This document shows positions 1 to 14,361 of a DNA stretch of 64,000 bases, one piece after another. The DNA lies in assembly GCA_951406725.2 (NCBI GenBank), contig OX597834.1:27218001-27282000 (forward strand). Direction: 5' to 3'. Within the stretch, counting starts at the first letter, position 1, and each line of letters opens with the position of its first letter. The notes under the pieces are model-generated. The model was not told the origin of the DNA. It saw only the letters and a program-made list of their open reading frames with translations, and made no database searches. A program made the position numbers and the translations under genes. Source of the DNA: Octopus vulgaris (Eukaryota).

Positions 1-26
1 GCACGAACTTTCTGGACAACCCAATA
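1..26. mobile_element. Terminal inverted repeat of a mariner-type element that extends beyond the left edge of the window
   Basis: Reverse complement TATTGGGTTGTCCAGAAAGTTCGTGC resembles mariner TIRs and ends in TA (25-26). It abuts the truncated transposase fragment to its right. Confidence 0.65.
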
Positions 27-873
27 GTTTTTGTTAATTCCTGCGCAGTTTGCTTTGCATCTTCTTGCACGACGGGTTTTTCAAGATCAATATTGAAAGA
101 TCTTATTGTGTCCAGATCAAGTAGAGTCAGTGAGTGAAAAGGAAATTTTCGTACGAAATTGGCCGGACCATTGCTGACATAACCGGACACTTATGGTTTC
201 ATTTACATCGATAAAATGAATATTTCTCGTTGCTTGTATTGTTGTAGTGCACCTTTTGAATCCATAGTTTGCAGTATATGATATGGGTCTGATCTAAGCT
301 CAGTTTAAAAGTGGAAAAAAAACTATACTCTAAGTTAATTACTATGATATGTGGAAGCACTCCGTCGGTTACGACGACGAGGGTTCCGGCTGATCCGAAT
401 CAACGGAACAGCCTGCTCGTGAAATTAACGTGTAAGTGGCTGAGCACTCCACAGACACGTGTACCCTTAACGTAGTTCTCGGGGATATTCAGCGTGACAC
501 AGAGAGTGACAAGGCCGGCCCTTTGAAATACAGGTACAACAGAAACAAGAAGTAAGAGTGAGAGAAAGTTGTGGTGAAAGAGTACAGCAGGGATCACCAC
601 CATCCCCTGCCGGAGCCTCGTGGAGCTTTAGGTGTTTTCGCTCAATAAACACTCACATCGCCCGGTCTGGGAATCGAAAACGCGATCCTATGACCGCGAG
701 TCCGCTGCCCTAACCACTGGGCCATTGCGCCTCCACTACTATGATATATAGTAACCTGAAAAGAAAAAAAATAGTGTAAAAAAATCAATGCTTATTTTAC
801 CGTAAGTATGGAAAAAGTACCTTCAAACATATCAGATTAAAAAATGTGACACACTATTCTGTCTAACCCAATA
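27..873 (-). mobile_element. Decayed mariner transposon: 5' TIR plus N-terminal transposase pseudogene, interrupted by a SINE
   Basis: Minus-strand translation of ~300-30 gives HIIYC../YGFKRCTTTIQATRNIHFIDVNETISVRLCQQWSGQFRTKISFSLTDST*SGH../IDLEKPVVQEDAKQTAQELTK. This matches the mariner N-terminal HTH pattern (YEFK.G..A.EA.RNI..VYG..VS.RTCQ.WF..FRSG.FSL.D.PRSGRP). A TIR-like TATTGGGTTAGACAGAATAGTGTGTCAC lies at ~845-873. Confidence 0.8.
351..736 (-). mobile_element. tRNA-derived SINE, family A (~385 bp; octopus OR-type), full length
   Basis: Head GTGGAGGCGCAATGGCCCAGTGGTTAGGG...TTTCGATTCCC carries Pol III A and B boxes. 11-bp TSD TACTATGATAT at 340-350 and 737-747. Near-identical to four other copies in the window. 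Confidence 0.95.
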
Positions 874-1149
874 TGTCGATGACAGAATCGTGCAAATTGT
901 TATTTCTTGTATACGTATTTTTTAAACTGCAGGATTTGATTTGAGTCAGATGTGGAGTTGTTTCTAGCAGGAAGAATGACCGCGTGAGGACTGGAAAGTT
1001 GACTCGTCTAAGTACAATAATAGTAGATACAATATAATTTTAAAAAATAGTAGTATATACAATAGCCCTACGTCACAGGTCATATCAGTTCAGATGGGTT
1101 ATATTGGAGAAGAGACAGAGAAATGTATAATGTACACACACATCTTTAC

Positions 1150-3000
<1,851 letters not shown>

Positions 3001-3138
3001 GTATTATTTTTTAATTCAATTTTTTTTTTTCCATTTAGGTTTTAAAAATATTTTCACTCATTTATTCCAGTTTATTCACTTACTTATTTCTTAGCTTCCG
3101 TAATGTTCATTCATAACATTGGTGACGGGTAGTGGTAA

Positions 3139-3139
<1 letters not shown>

Positions 3140-3211
<72 letters not shown>

Positions 3212-3218
3212 TTACTGC

Positions 3219-3254
<36 letters not shown>

Positions 3255-3268
3255 TGATTATGATAATG

Positions 3269-3305
<37 letters not shown>

Positions 3306-3379
3306 TAAGGATAATGATAAGGATAATAATAATAATGATAATAATGATAATGATAATAATAATAATGATAATAATGATA

Positions 3380-3434
<55 letters not shown>

Positions 3435-3502
3435 TAAGGATAATGATAATGATAATAATAATAATGATAATAATAATAATAATAATAATGATAAGGATAA
3501 TG

Positions 3503-3542
<40 letters not shown>

Positions 3543-3577
3543 TAAGGATAATGATAATAATGATAAGGATAATGATG

Positions 3578-3650
<73 letters not shown>

Positions 3651-3658
3651 GGATAATG

Positions 3659-3704
<46 letters not shown>

Positions 3705-3778
3705 TAAGGATAATGATAATGATAATAATAATAATGATAATAATAATAATGATAATAATAATAATGATAATAATGATA

Positions 3779-3824
<46 letters not shown>

Positions 3825-3825
3825 A

Positions 3826-3869
<44 letters not shown>

Positions 3870-3871
3870 TA

Positions 3872-3902
<31 letters not shown>

Positions 3903-3912
3903 TAACAACAAC

Positions 3913-3946
<34 letters not shown>

Positions 3947-3990
3947 TCAACAACAACAACAATAATAATACTAATTATAATAAAAATAAT
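3140..3990. repeat. (CTA)n followed by a long (ATA/ATG)n trinucleotide array
   Basis: Directly visible. Lies at the 3' (ATT)n tail side of the adjacent family C SINE. Confidence 0.95.
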
Positions 3991-4203
3991 CCTTTCTACT
4001 GGAGGCACAGGGCCTCAAATTTGTGGGGAGCGGACTAGTGGTTTATGTCTACCCCCAGTGTTTGACTGGTATTTAATTTATCGATCCCGAAAGGATGAAA
4101 GGCAATGTCAACCTCGGCGGAATTTCAATTCAGAACGTAAAGACAGACGAAATGCCGCTAAACATTTCACCTGGCGTGCTAACGATTCTGCCAGCTCACC
4201 GCC

Positions 4204-4205
<2 letters not shown>
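3991..4205 (-). mobile_element. SINE family C (tRNA-like head plus Meta-domain-like core), tail type C2
   Basis: Homologous to the GGCGGCGAGCTGGCAGAATCGTTAGC...GAGTTCAAATTCCGCCGAGGTCGACTTTGCCTTTCATCCTTTCGGGGTCGATAAA copies elsewhere. Ends in (ATT)n. Confidence 0.85.
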
Positions 4206-4287
<82 letters not shown>

Positions 4288-4400
4288 GTGACGATGATGA
4301 TGATTTGATATTTTGACACCAGGTCAGCAAGTTCTGGGGAGGAGGTAAGTTGATTTCATTGACTTCAGTTCTCAGCTTGTATATATCGTATCGACCACGA

Positions 4401-4890
4401 TCATCATCATCATCATTGTTCGACCGTGGTCGAGACAATGGAATTTACCATGCTACGCCAGACTTCACGGTCCATCATGGCATTACGGAGGTCCTGTTGC
4501 TGGATGCTTGTATTCCCTGGAGATTACATCAGGGTAGGAGAGTGTGCGCCCTCTGGTATTACGAGTAGATGGCTTCCAGAGGAGAAGAGTAGAAATTACT
4601 TCTTTTCAGCTCTACAACAATGTCCAGCAAACTGGACTCTCCTACCTTTCACAAGAGATGACACAGATGGTAGTTTCCCATATATTTGCATTTTGGTTGG
4701 ATGGCGCTTCCACGAGAGATTTTGAGCTCTCATAAGGAGGCGAGTGTAGGTTCTATCCAACCGCCTCTCAAGCTTCTTTGATAGCGTCCAGGTTTCTGAG
4801 CCGTTTAGTAGAATTGGTTCGACTGTGGCTTTGAAGATTTCAAGTTTGAAGTCTCTACTTAGATTTGATGACCAGATCTTATGCATGTCA
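4401..4890 (-). mobile_element. 5'-truncated RTE-clade LINE: C-terminus of ORF and 3' end
   Basis: KIWSSNLSRDFKLEIFKATVEPILLNGSETWTLSKKLERRLDRTYTRLLMRAQNLSWKRH...RRVQFAGHC, then after frameshifts LLWKPSTRNTRGRTLSYPDVISR..MMDREVWRSMV. These are typical RTE post-RT motifs. (TGA)n tail. Confidence 0.9.
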
Positions 4891-5249
4891 TTACACGATA
4901 GTTATGAAAGCCAGAGTCAAACCTGGAGGAATTTGAACTCCGATCGTAAAATGGGACGAATTACCGCTAAGCATTTTCTTTACACTGTGCTAACTATTCT
5001 GTCCTGCCGGCCCGCCGTTTTGTTTCAAATTTTCTGCTCAAGGGTAACACATTTTTTAGTGGCAGCAGATCTGTGGGCTACGTTGGTCCCCAGTACAGGA
5101 AAAACCAAAACTGATCTCGGTAGAATTTGCCGGCAGAAATGAAGCAAGACATGATGAGATATCTATGATGATGTTAGTGATAAGTGATGAAGAAAATGAT
5201 AGCGGAGGCGTTCATTGATGAGCAGCGGATATTAACGAAGACGTCGACG

Positions 5250-5900
<651 letters not shown>

Positions 5901-6559
5901 CAGTTCTGAATACTCACCCCCGCACCAATACACACTCCTACCTACGCCAAAAAATTTACCAAAACAAAAAAAAAATTAATTTCTTTACAGAACCACGAAA
6001 TATAAGCAAAAGAAAAGAAAAAAAAAACAAAAAGAATTATAATTTTTTTTTCCCCACTTCCCTATCAAGTTAGGTATTATTTCTCATTTTTTATACATCA
6101 CTGTTGCAGTTCGAAATCTGGTTTTTTCTTTAAAAGACAAAAAAAAAAAAAAAGGAAATTTTGGAAGCCAATAAAAGACAGCCATGTTTTGTCAAAAGTT
6201 ATAACGAGAAGGTTTTTACGAAGACATTGCTATATGAGTTTTTGTCACATCTAACGAATGTCTAACGATAGGTTGGATTCTGAAACGGCAGGCGGCCCGG
6301 GAACACTGTGTGTGTATGCGTGTGTATGAGTGTGTGTGTATGTGGTTGTGTGTATGTATGTGTTTTAAAAAAATGGTGATGGATGCATGTATGTATGTGT
6401 GTATGAAGTTTGACAAATATATATTCTTTATATATTTATATATATATATATATTGATCTGGTTTTGTTGTGTTTATTATGTTTGTATACAAATGTATTTT
6501 TATGTCTTCCTCTTCTATCTGTTCGTTTACGTATGTATGCACGTATGGCTGTAGTTATG

Positions 6560-6593
<34 letters not shown>

Positions 6594-6623
6594 TGTATGT
6601 ATGCACGTATGGCTGTAGTTATG

Positions 6624-6657
<34 letters not shown>

Positions 6658-6874
6658 CGTATGTATGTATGTATGTATGTATGTATGTTTGTATCTGTGT
6701 ATGTATGCATATATGTGTATACATACATGTATATATTTATATACAAATATATATGTGCGTATATATATATATATTCATCCATATAGAAATATATGTATAA
6801 TTATCATATATACATATGCATGTGTATGTATACTTGTGTATGTATATATATATATATATTTATGTATATGTATA

Positions 6875-6922
<48 letters not shown>

Positions 6923-6931
6923 GTATATATG

Positions 6932-7003
<72 letters not shown>

Positions 7004-7133
7004 AATTCAGTTGGTGACTCAAACTGGTATATCAAATATATATATCCTCTCAAGGCTTCCATCTTTAAGGCTGCTCAAATCATGAACTCTACATTTACAA
7101 TTATAAATGTACTAAGTTCTCTTTTCTTCCCTT

Positions 7134-7157
<24 letters not shown>

Positions 7158-7164
<7 letters not shown>

Positions 7165-7457
7165 ATCACGTGACCGACCAGACCATCAGATGTTGCTACA
7201 CATCGCTGGTCACAATGCGTTCACATTGTTTTAACCTTCGAACGCCGCCACCCCGCTGGCTAAGCGAGCAGGCCAACAGAAGAAAGAGTGAGAGAAAGAG
7301 TGGTGAAAGAGTACAGCAGGGATCACCACCCCCTGCCGGATCCTCGTGGAGCTTTTAGGTGTTTTCGCTCAATAAACACACACAACTCCCGGTCTGGGAA
7401 TCGAAACCGCGATCCTACGAGTCCGCTGCCCTAACCACTGGGCCATTGCGACTCCAC
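7158..7457 (-). mobile_element. tRNA-derived SINE, family D (~300 bp): same head and middle as family A, different 3' tail
   Basis: The 5' ~170 bp match family A. The tail ...GGTCGGTCACGTGA is shared with the copy at 41532-41832. Confidence 0.9.
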
Positions 7458-7504
<47 letters not shown>

Positions 7505-7524
7505 CACGCACGCACACACATACA

Positions 7525-7580
<56 letters not shown>

Positions 7581-7589
7581 CATATATAT

Positions 7590-7742
7590 ATCTAAAAGTA
7601 AAAATTATACAAACTGGGACAAGAACGTGAAACATTTAGAAGATGACACAAAAAACACGGACGGGACATTCGAAGCCTTCAATCTTCAGTCAAGAACCGG
7701 AACATCTTCGCAATTTCGGCTGATTAATCTTGAAGATTAAAG
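7590..7742 (-). mobile_element. Short retroelement-end remnant between (TA)n arrays, possibly Penelope-like
   Basis: Shares AAGAACGTGAAA...CATTCGAAGCCTTCAATCTT with 19870-19940 and is flanked by TA arrays. Family assignment is inference. Confidence 0.4.
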
Positions 7743-7764
7743 ATATATATATATATATATATAT

Positions 7765-8330
7765 ATTAATTGTTATCGCCATATTAATATGGCATTCTTA
7801 TAGATATAAGAATAATCGCTGCCGCTGGTCAGCTCTATGAGGCCACCGCCATCAAGATAGCTATTGATACACGATCTGTATCCATTATAACCTTCGAACA
7901 AGGGAGGTCAGCCGCTTCACACTGCCAGTCCGACAGCTACAGACGCGTTTCGGGGTATTGCCCCTTGTCAATGTAGCGCAGTCAGACCCGCAGGTGTCGC
8001 CACTGACGTCTCTGTTCGAAGGTTTCTATTTACCTAGTTTCAGTGGAATACATCCACTTGTTTTCAATAATAGAAATATTAAAATTACTAAGTCTCTATA
8101 AAAGAGATTACTGCAACGTTTACTGGAAATTAATTGTTATCGCCATATTAATATAGCATTCTTATAGATATAAGAATAATCGCTGCCGTTGGTCAGCTCC
8201 ATGAGGCCACCGCCATCAAGATAGCTATTGATACACGATCTGTATCCATTATAACCTTCGAACGTGAGGAGGACGTGCAGACGAAATGTACTAGTTTGAC
8301 GCTCAGTGAAATGAGAGAGTAAGTATGTCG
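7765..8330 (-). mobile_element. Hammerhead-bearing 364-bp unit with a 135-bp direct repeat (Penelope pseudo-LTR or retrozyme-like), inserted in (TA)n
   Basis: Direct repeats at 7765-7899 and 8129-8263 (period 364). Internal hammerhead motif. Diverged homolog at 34185-34417. Confidence 0.75.
7936..7977 (-). ncRNA. Minimal type I hammerhead ribozyme, U3-A8 variant
   Basis: Minus strand reads GCUACA-UUGACAA-GGGG-CAAUA-CCCC-GAAA-CGCG-UC-UGUAGC: 6-bp stem I, 4-bp stem II, palindromic ACGCGU stem III, GUC cleavage triplet. Confidence 0.85.
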
Positions 8331-8346
8331 TTATATATATATATAT

Positions 8347-8870
8347 GGAGTAGCAAGATTATTCCTACTTAGAAAGGAAGGTGGGAGAGGGTTAATATCA
8401 GTAGAAGACTGCGTGGAGTTAGCTAGAGTAGACATAAACACCTATTCAGGTAATAGTGAAGAAAGCTTATTAAGAGCTTCAAGAGTCTCAGTGTATAAAG
8501 ATGAGCTGCAGCAGTACCACAGATTTGGTTGTCTGATGATATGTGCATCTCTGATCATGAGTAGAGACAGTGGAGAAGCATCATAGCCAAGTGCTGAGAG
8601 GAATTCTTTGAGGTTTCAATGATTAACCTCTAAAATCATTGTTGTTTCGTTCAACAGCCTTTTGAGCGGGATGCGCGACTCGACCGACCTGAAGAAAATT
8701 CTAAATGGGCCCCACGTGTAAGATCATGCGCTGTTTATCTTGATATGAGGTGTCACTATGTTGCACACAAGTGCTTGTGATGTATGTGCCTAGTGTGTCC
8801 TTATCAGACGGGTATATTGGGCTTCGTATATTCGTACCCAGTGTTACTTTGGTATACGTTGCTCTGTCAA
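8347..8870 (+). mobile_element. Internally deleted R4/Dong-clade LINE: post-RT fragment, probable 3' UTR and (TAA)n tail
   Basis: 8347-8490 translates to GVARLFLLRKEGGRGLISVEDCVELARVDINTYSGNSEESLLRA, matching the RLY.pRk.GGRGL motif. The downstream segment ends in (TAA)n and its last ~160 bp recur at 9160-9320. Confidence 0.75.
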
Positions 8871-8896
8871 TAATAATAATGTCAATAATAATAATG

Positions 8897-8983
<87 letters not shown>

Positions 8984-9053
8984 CAACTAATAATAATAAT
9001 AATAATAATAATACCATAGAATAATAATAATAATGATGATGATGATGATGATG

Positions 9054-9159
<106 letters not shown>

Positions 9160-9320
9160 GGTCAGGTGCTGTTTATCTTGATATGGGATCACCATCTTGC
9201 GCACATATGGTTGTGATGCATGTGCCTAGTGTGTCCTCATCAGGCGGGTAGTCACGACGGGTAATTTGGGCTTCCTATATTCGTACCCAGTGTTACTTTG
9301 GTATACGTTGCACTCTCAAT
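9160..9320 (+). mobile_element. Second copy of the same LINE 3' end within the (TAA)n array
   Basis: Aligns with 8722-8870 (GCTGTTTATCTTGATATG...CCCAGTGTTACTTTGGTATACGTTGC). Confidence 0.75.
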
Positions 9321-9359
9321 GATAATAATAATAATAATAATAATATTCATAATATTATC

Positions 9360-9592
9360 GGCGGCGAGCTAGCAGAATCGTTAGCACGCCGGGCGAAATG
9401 CGTAGGCGTATTTCGTCTGCCGTTACGTTCTGAGTTCAAATTCCGCCGAGGTCGACTTCGCCTTTCATCCTTTCGGGGTCGATAAATTAAGTACCAGTTA
9501 CGCACTGGGGTCGATATAATCGACTTAATCCGTTTGTCTGTTCTTGTTTGTTCTCTCTCTGTTTAGCCCCTTGTGGGTAGTAAAGAAATAAA
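9360..9592 (+). mobile_element. SINE family C, tail type C1
   Basis: Full head with B box GAGTTCAAATTCC, core, and tail TTTAGCCCCTTGTGGGTAGTAAAGAAATA. Confidence 0.9.
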
Positions 9593-10145
9593 TAATAATA
9601 ATAATGATAATAATAATAATAACAACACGAACACGACGTTGATGATGATGATGATGACTGCAGCAAAAATAATATCAATAATAACGATAAAAACAACATC
9701 AACAACAACAACAGCAACAACAACAACAACAAATAATAGGTAGTCCAGATTTAAATCAAAAGGAAGAAGATCCTTTTCCCCGTCTTTGATGAATGTCTTC
9801 GTGTGGAATTGGTCGTCAAATGTCAGACTGGCAGATTCGCTTCCTGTTTACCCAACTCTGCTGCACGATGTTACTAGACTCTTCAATCTACCAATTATGT
9901 AGATGTGGAACCAGACACTGGGCCATGGTGAGTTAGTTAGACCACGGGGTGGCAATAGAGCGGCGAGAGGGAGCGAGCGGAAAAGGGTGGATACAGAGAT
10001 TGTTAGAGAATGGGGGAAAGAAAGAAAGAGAGAGAGAGAGAGAGAAATTTGTAACCACCCCTCCAATTATGTAGATGTGGAACCAGACACTGAGCTGTGT
10101 TTAGTATGACTTGTATGACCATGGGTTGGCAATAGAGCGAGCGAG

Positions 10146-10179
<34 letters not shown>

Positions 10180-10384
10180 GAGTAAAGGAGAGAGAAGCAG
10201 TTATATATGTGGAACTAGACATTCTGTTATGGCTAGTATGAATGACTATGAGGAGGTGTAAGAGAGAACCTGAGGAAGAGGAAGCCTGAGAAAGAGACAG
10301 AGAGAGAGAGAGAGAGAGAGAGGCAGACAGACAAACAGACAGAGAGACCGAGACATAGATAGAAATATATACTGGAAAAATTTT

Positions 10385-10550
10385 TATGAAACGAATCGAC
10401 AGAGTACTTATTTTATAAGCCTGGTACCTATTCAATCGAACACTTATGACGAACCGCTAAGTCACGGGGACATAAACACACCAACACCGGTTGTCAAGCG
10501 GTAGTAGTGGACAAATCAGATGCAAAGGTACGCGCACACACACACACACT

Positions 10551-10583
<33 letters not shown>

Positions 10584-10750
10584 ACACATATATATATAGA
10601 TTATACGACGGGATTCTTTCAGTTTCTTTCCACCAAATACACACACAAGGCTTGGATCAGCTTGTTGCTATAGTAGAAGACATTTGCCCAAGGTGTTTCG
10701 CAATGGGACTGAACCCGGAACCATGTGGTTGGGAAGCAACTCACACAGTC
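10385..10750 (-). mobile_element. SINE family B (octopus OK-type), diverged
   Basis: Homologous to 30827-31256 and 46272-46691, with an internal (CA)n tract. Confidence 0.8.
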
Positions 10751-10994
10751 ATATATATATAAAGACAGAACAAGGATCCTATCCATTTCGAGTGCTAGAA
10801 AAAAAAAAAAAACGATAACTGAAGCAGCCCTTCTTTTTCGAAGCCACCCACACGCACAAATTTTATCCCCAAATAATCGCACTTCTGCATTATCACCAAC
10901 ATTATTACAATCCCACGACCACATTATCAGTATCAGCATAAGTCACAACTACCCGCATTATCACAACCCCATTCTAACCTTACCGCATTACTAT

Positions 10995-11380
10995 GGTGGA
11001 AGCACTCCGTCGGTTACGACGTCGAGGGTTCCGGTTGATCCGATCAACGGAACAGCCTGCTCGTGAAATTAACGTGTAAGTGGCTGAGCACTCCACAGAC
11101 ACGTGTACCCTTAACGTAGTTCTCGGGGATATTCAGCGTGACACAGAGAGTGACAAGGCCGGCCCCTTGAAATACAGGTACAACAGAAACAGGAAGTAAG
11201 AGTGAGAGAAAGTTATGATGAAAGAGTACAGCAGGGATCACCACCATCCCCTGCCGGAGCCTCGTGGAGCTTTAGGTGTTTTCGCTCAATAAACACTCAC
11301 AACGCCCGGTCTGGGAATCGCAACCGCGATCCTACGACCGCGAGTCCGCTGCCCTAACCACTGGGCCATTGTGCCTCCAC
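10995..11380 (-). mobile_element. SINE family A, full length
   Basis: TSD CGCATTACTAT at 10984-10994 and 11381-11391. A and B boxes present. Confidence 0.95.
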
Positions 11381-11457
11381 CGCATTACTATAAGTCACCT
11401 CTAGCAATAGTATCGTACTATAGCTGCAAGCACACACCAATATTATTATGGTATATG

Positions 11458-11750
11458 CTGACACTCCGTCGGTTACGACGACAAGGGTTCCAGCAGATCC
11501 GATCAATGGAACAGCTTGCACGTGAAGTTAACATACAAGTGGCTGAGCTCTCCACAGTCATGCATACCCTTAACGTAGTTCTCAGGGAGATTCAGCGTGA
11601 CACAGAATGTGGCAAGGGTGACCCTTTGAAATACAGGTACCATTCATTTTTGTCAGCTGAAATAATGTGACTTGCTCAAAGACACAACGCACCACCAGGG
11701 ATCGAACTCACAACCATACGTAGCAGTGAGTCGCGTGTAAATTACACTCT
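11458..11750 (-). mobile_element. Older SINE with the family A 3' tail but a CORE-like middle
   Basis: Tail aligns with family A. The middle reads TTGTGTCTTTGAGCAAGTCAC on the minus strand instead of the family A middle. Confidence 0.75.
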
Positions 11751-11909
11751 GCTATTTTTCTCTATTTTTTTAAAAGGTAGGTGGGACATATTTGTTGGGG
11801 GCATACCTAGATACATAATGATGTCTGTCTGAAAAAATTGACGGGATAATCTCAACAGATAATCTCGACAGATTTTGTAACGTGTATGCTGAATCAGGAT
11901 TGACCCGAG

Positions 11910-12345
11910 ACAATAACAACAGCAACAACAACAAGGACAAGAAGAAGAAGAAGAAGAAGAAGAAGAAGAAGAAGAACAACAACAACAACAACAACAAGGA
12001 CAAGAAGAAGAAGAAGAACAACAACAACGACAACAACCACAACAACAAGGACAAGAAGAAGAAGAAGAACAACAACAACAACAAAGACAACAACAACAAC
12101 AACAACGACAACAACCACAAGAAGAAGAAGAAGAAAAAGAAAAAGAAGAAGAAGAAGAAGAACAACAACAACAACAACAATGACAACAACCACAACAACA
12201 AGGACAAGAAGAAGAAGAAGAAGAAGAAGAAGAAGAAGAACAACAACAACAACAACAACAGTAGCAGTAGCAACAACAACAACAGCAACAAAAACAACAA
12301 CAACAACAACAACAACAAGGACAGCAACAGCAACAACAACAACAT
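11910..12345. repeat. Higher-order (AAG)n/(AAC)n compound microsatellite
   Basis: Recurring AACAAGGACAAGAAG junctions alternate the two triplet tracts. Confidence 0.9.
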
Positions 12346-12941
12346 TGCGGCAACATTACTAACAAGAAGAATAAGACCAGCAAAACACGCACCACTACCA
12401 CCACCACCAACTACTAAAACAACCGAAGACCAAAAGCCAAAAAATAAAGTAAAAAACAAACAAAAAAAAAACTAGACAACAAAAACTAGAAAACAATAAT
12501 AACAAAGAAAAAAAAAGGCCAGAAGTTGACAGAAGCAAATTCGCCATTTTCAGAATCATTTGAAATATTACCAGAAAGTGGTGCCGGGTTGTAATTGGTT
12601 CAGATTACACGAGAAATTGAGAGATTTAGTCTGTTATTAGCGACCAAGTCATATGATCGAATGAGCAGAGTATATATGTTTAAACCTGAGGAGGCGTCGT
12701 CGAGGGGTGACCAACTGGCGGTGGTGTTGATGGTTCTGGTGGTGGTGGTGGTGGTGAGTAAATTTTTCTTGTAAATGAAAGAAAATAAAGCAACAAAAAT
12801 TGCAAATCCTCAGAAAAAAGACAGTCGCAAAAAAAAAGAAAAAAACGAAACAGAAGACACGTCGTATTTACTCATATGATAAATAAAACCTCTTTTACTC
12901 TACTTTCGCCATAGTCACCATCACCACCATCACCACCACCA

Positions 12942-13359
12942 CTAGCAGCATAGCCCGGCGTTGCCCGAGTATGTAAGAGCCCCTAGTAGGCAACGACTAA
13001 TCCCAATCTAGTTCTTTCCCTCAAGGGAACGACGGCGCATGTGTAGGTTGCAATGTCTTCTCTTCACTCGAATACTTCTATGTATACGATGTTCCTAGCT
13101 GTCTCCCGATTGGAAGTTGCGAAAACTACAACAGAAAATGTGTTGCATATAAAAAGCTTAGATTCTCGACCCCATGTCGAATTTATCGATTTTTTTCAGA
13201 ACTGGGGGAACTTTTCAAAATTTTCGCTGCGTTAGTTTTGAATTATGATATTGGGCTATGTGTGTGTCAAGTTTCATCAGAATCGGTTGAAAGCCGTGGT
13301 CAGGGTGAGGGTACAACCTGACAGCCACACAGACAGACAAACTGCCGTTTATATATAGA
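12942..13359 (-). mobile_element. Non-autonomous Helitron
   Basis: Minus strand starts TCTATATATAAA and ends with a GC-rich hairpin plus CTAG|T. 3' terminus is shared with 22141-22440 and 60161-60515. Confidence 0.8.
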
Positions 13360-13531
13360 GCCTCTATAAGGGACAAATTCAATAGTCACTGAGAACTTTG
13401 CAACCTCCACCAACAGGAAATATAAACAACGAAAGAGCTTTATCAACCCCCCTCCCCCCCAAAAAATGGATATTCAATAAATGAGTGTAATTGAATCAGT
13501 GTGTATGTTAATTATATTGTCATGATGAAAA

Positions 13532-14060
13532 GCGGCGAGCTGGCAGAAACGTTCAAATTCCGCCGAGGTCGACTTTGCCGTTCATCCTTTCTGGGTCGAT
13601 AAATTAAGTACCAGTTACGCACTGGGGTCAATATAATTGATTTAATCCGTTTGTCTGTCCTTGTTTGTCCCCTCTGTGTTTAGCCCCTTGTGGGTAGTAA
13701 AGAAATAGGTATTTCGTCCGTCTTTATATTCTGAGTTCAAATTCCACCCAGGTCGACTTTGCCGTTCATCCTTTCGGAGTCGATAAATTAAGTGCCAGTT
13801 ACGCACTGGGGTCAGCATAATCGAATTAATCCGTTTGTCTGTCCTTGTTTGTCCCCTCTGTGTTTAGCCCCTAGTGGGTAGTAAAGAAATCGGTATTTCG
13901 TCCGTCTTTATATTCTGAGTTCAAATTCTACCGAGGTCGACTTTGTCTTTCATCCTTTCGGAGTCGATAAATTAAGTACCTGTTGCATACTGGGGTCGAT
14001 CTAATCGACTGTCTCCCCCACTCCTCCAAAATTTCGGGCCTTGTGCCTAGAGTAGAAAAG
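13532..14060 (+). mobile_element. Trimeric SINE family C with tails C1, C1, C2
   Basis: Three consecutive ~180-bp units, each with GTTCAAATTC...GGTCGACTTTG...GTCGATAAATTAAGT. Confidence 0.9.
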
Positions 14061-14138
14061 TATATTGGCAAGATGACTCTTCCTTGTCACAACAAAATAT
14101 GAAAAAAAATAGTTTCGTGAAATGTAGAAGTATACCAA

Positions 14139-14361
14139 TTTCTTTATTACCCACAAGGGGCTAAACACAGAGGAGACAAACAAGGACAGACATAGGTATT
14201 AAGTCGATTACATCGACCCCAGTGCGAAACTGGTACTTAATTTATCGACCCCCCGAAAGGATGAAAGGCAAAGTCGACCTCGGCGAAATTCGAATTCACA
14301 ACGTAACGGCAGACGAAATACCGCTAAGCATTTCGCCCGGCGTGCTAACGTTTCTGCCAGC
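14139..14361 (-). mobile_element. SINE family C (tail C1), inverted relative to 13532-14060
   Basis: Reverse complement aligns with 9360-9592. Confidence 0.9.

Noticed and set aside
400-603. Recurrent 67-aa ORF MVVIPAVLFHHNFLSLLL... found five times
   Set aside because: It lies wholly within SINE family A. Recurrence reflects SINE copy number, not a gene family.
9891-10140. Short local duplication CCAATTATGTAGATGTGGAACCAGACACTG...GGCAATAGAGCG
   Set aside because: An ordinary two-copy duplication next to (GA)n, with no structural or coding signal.
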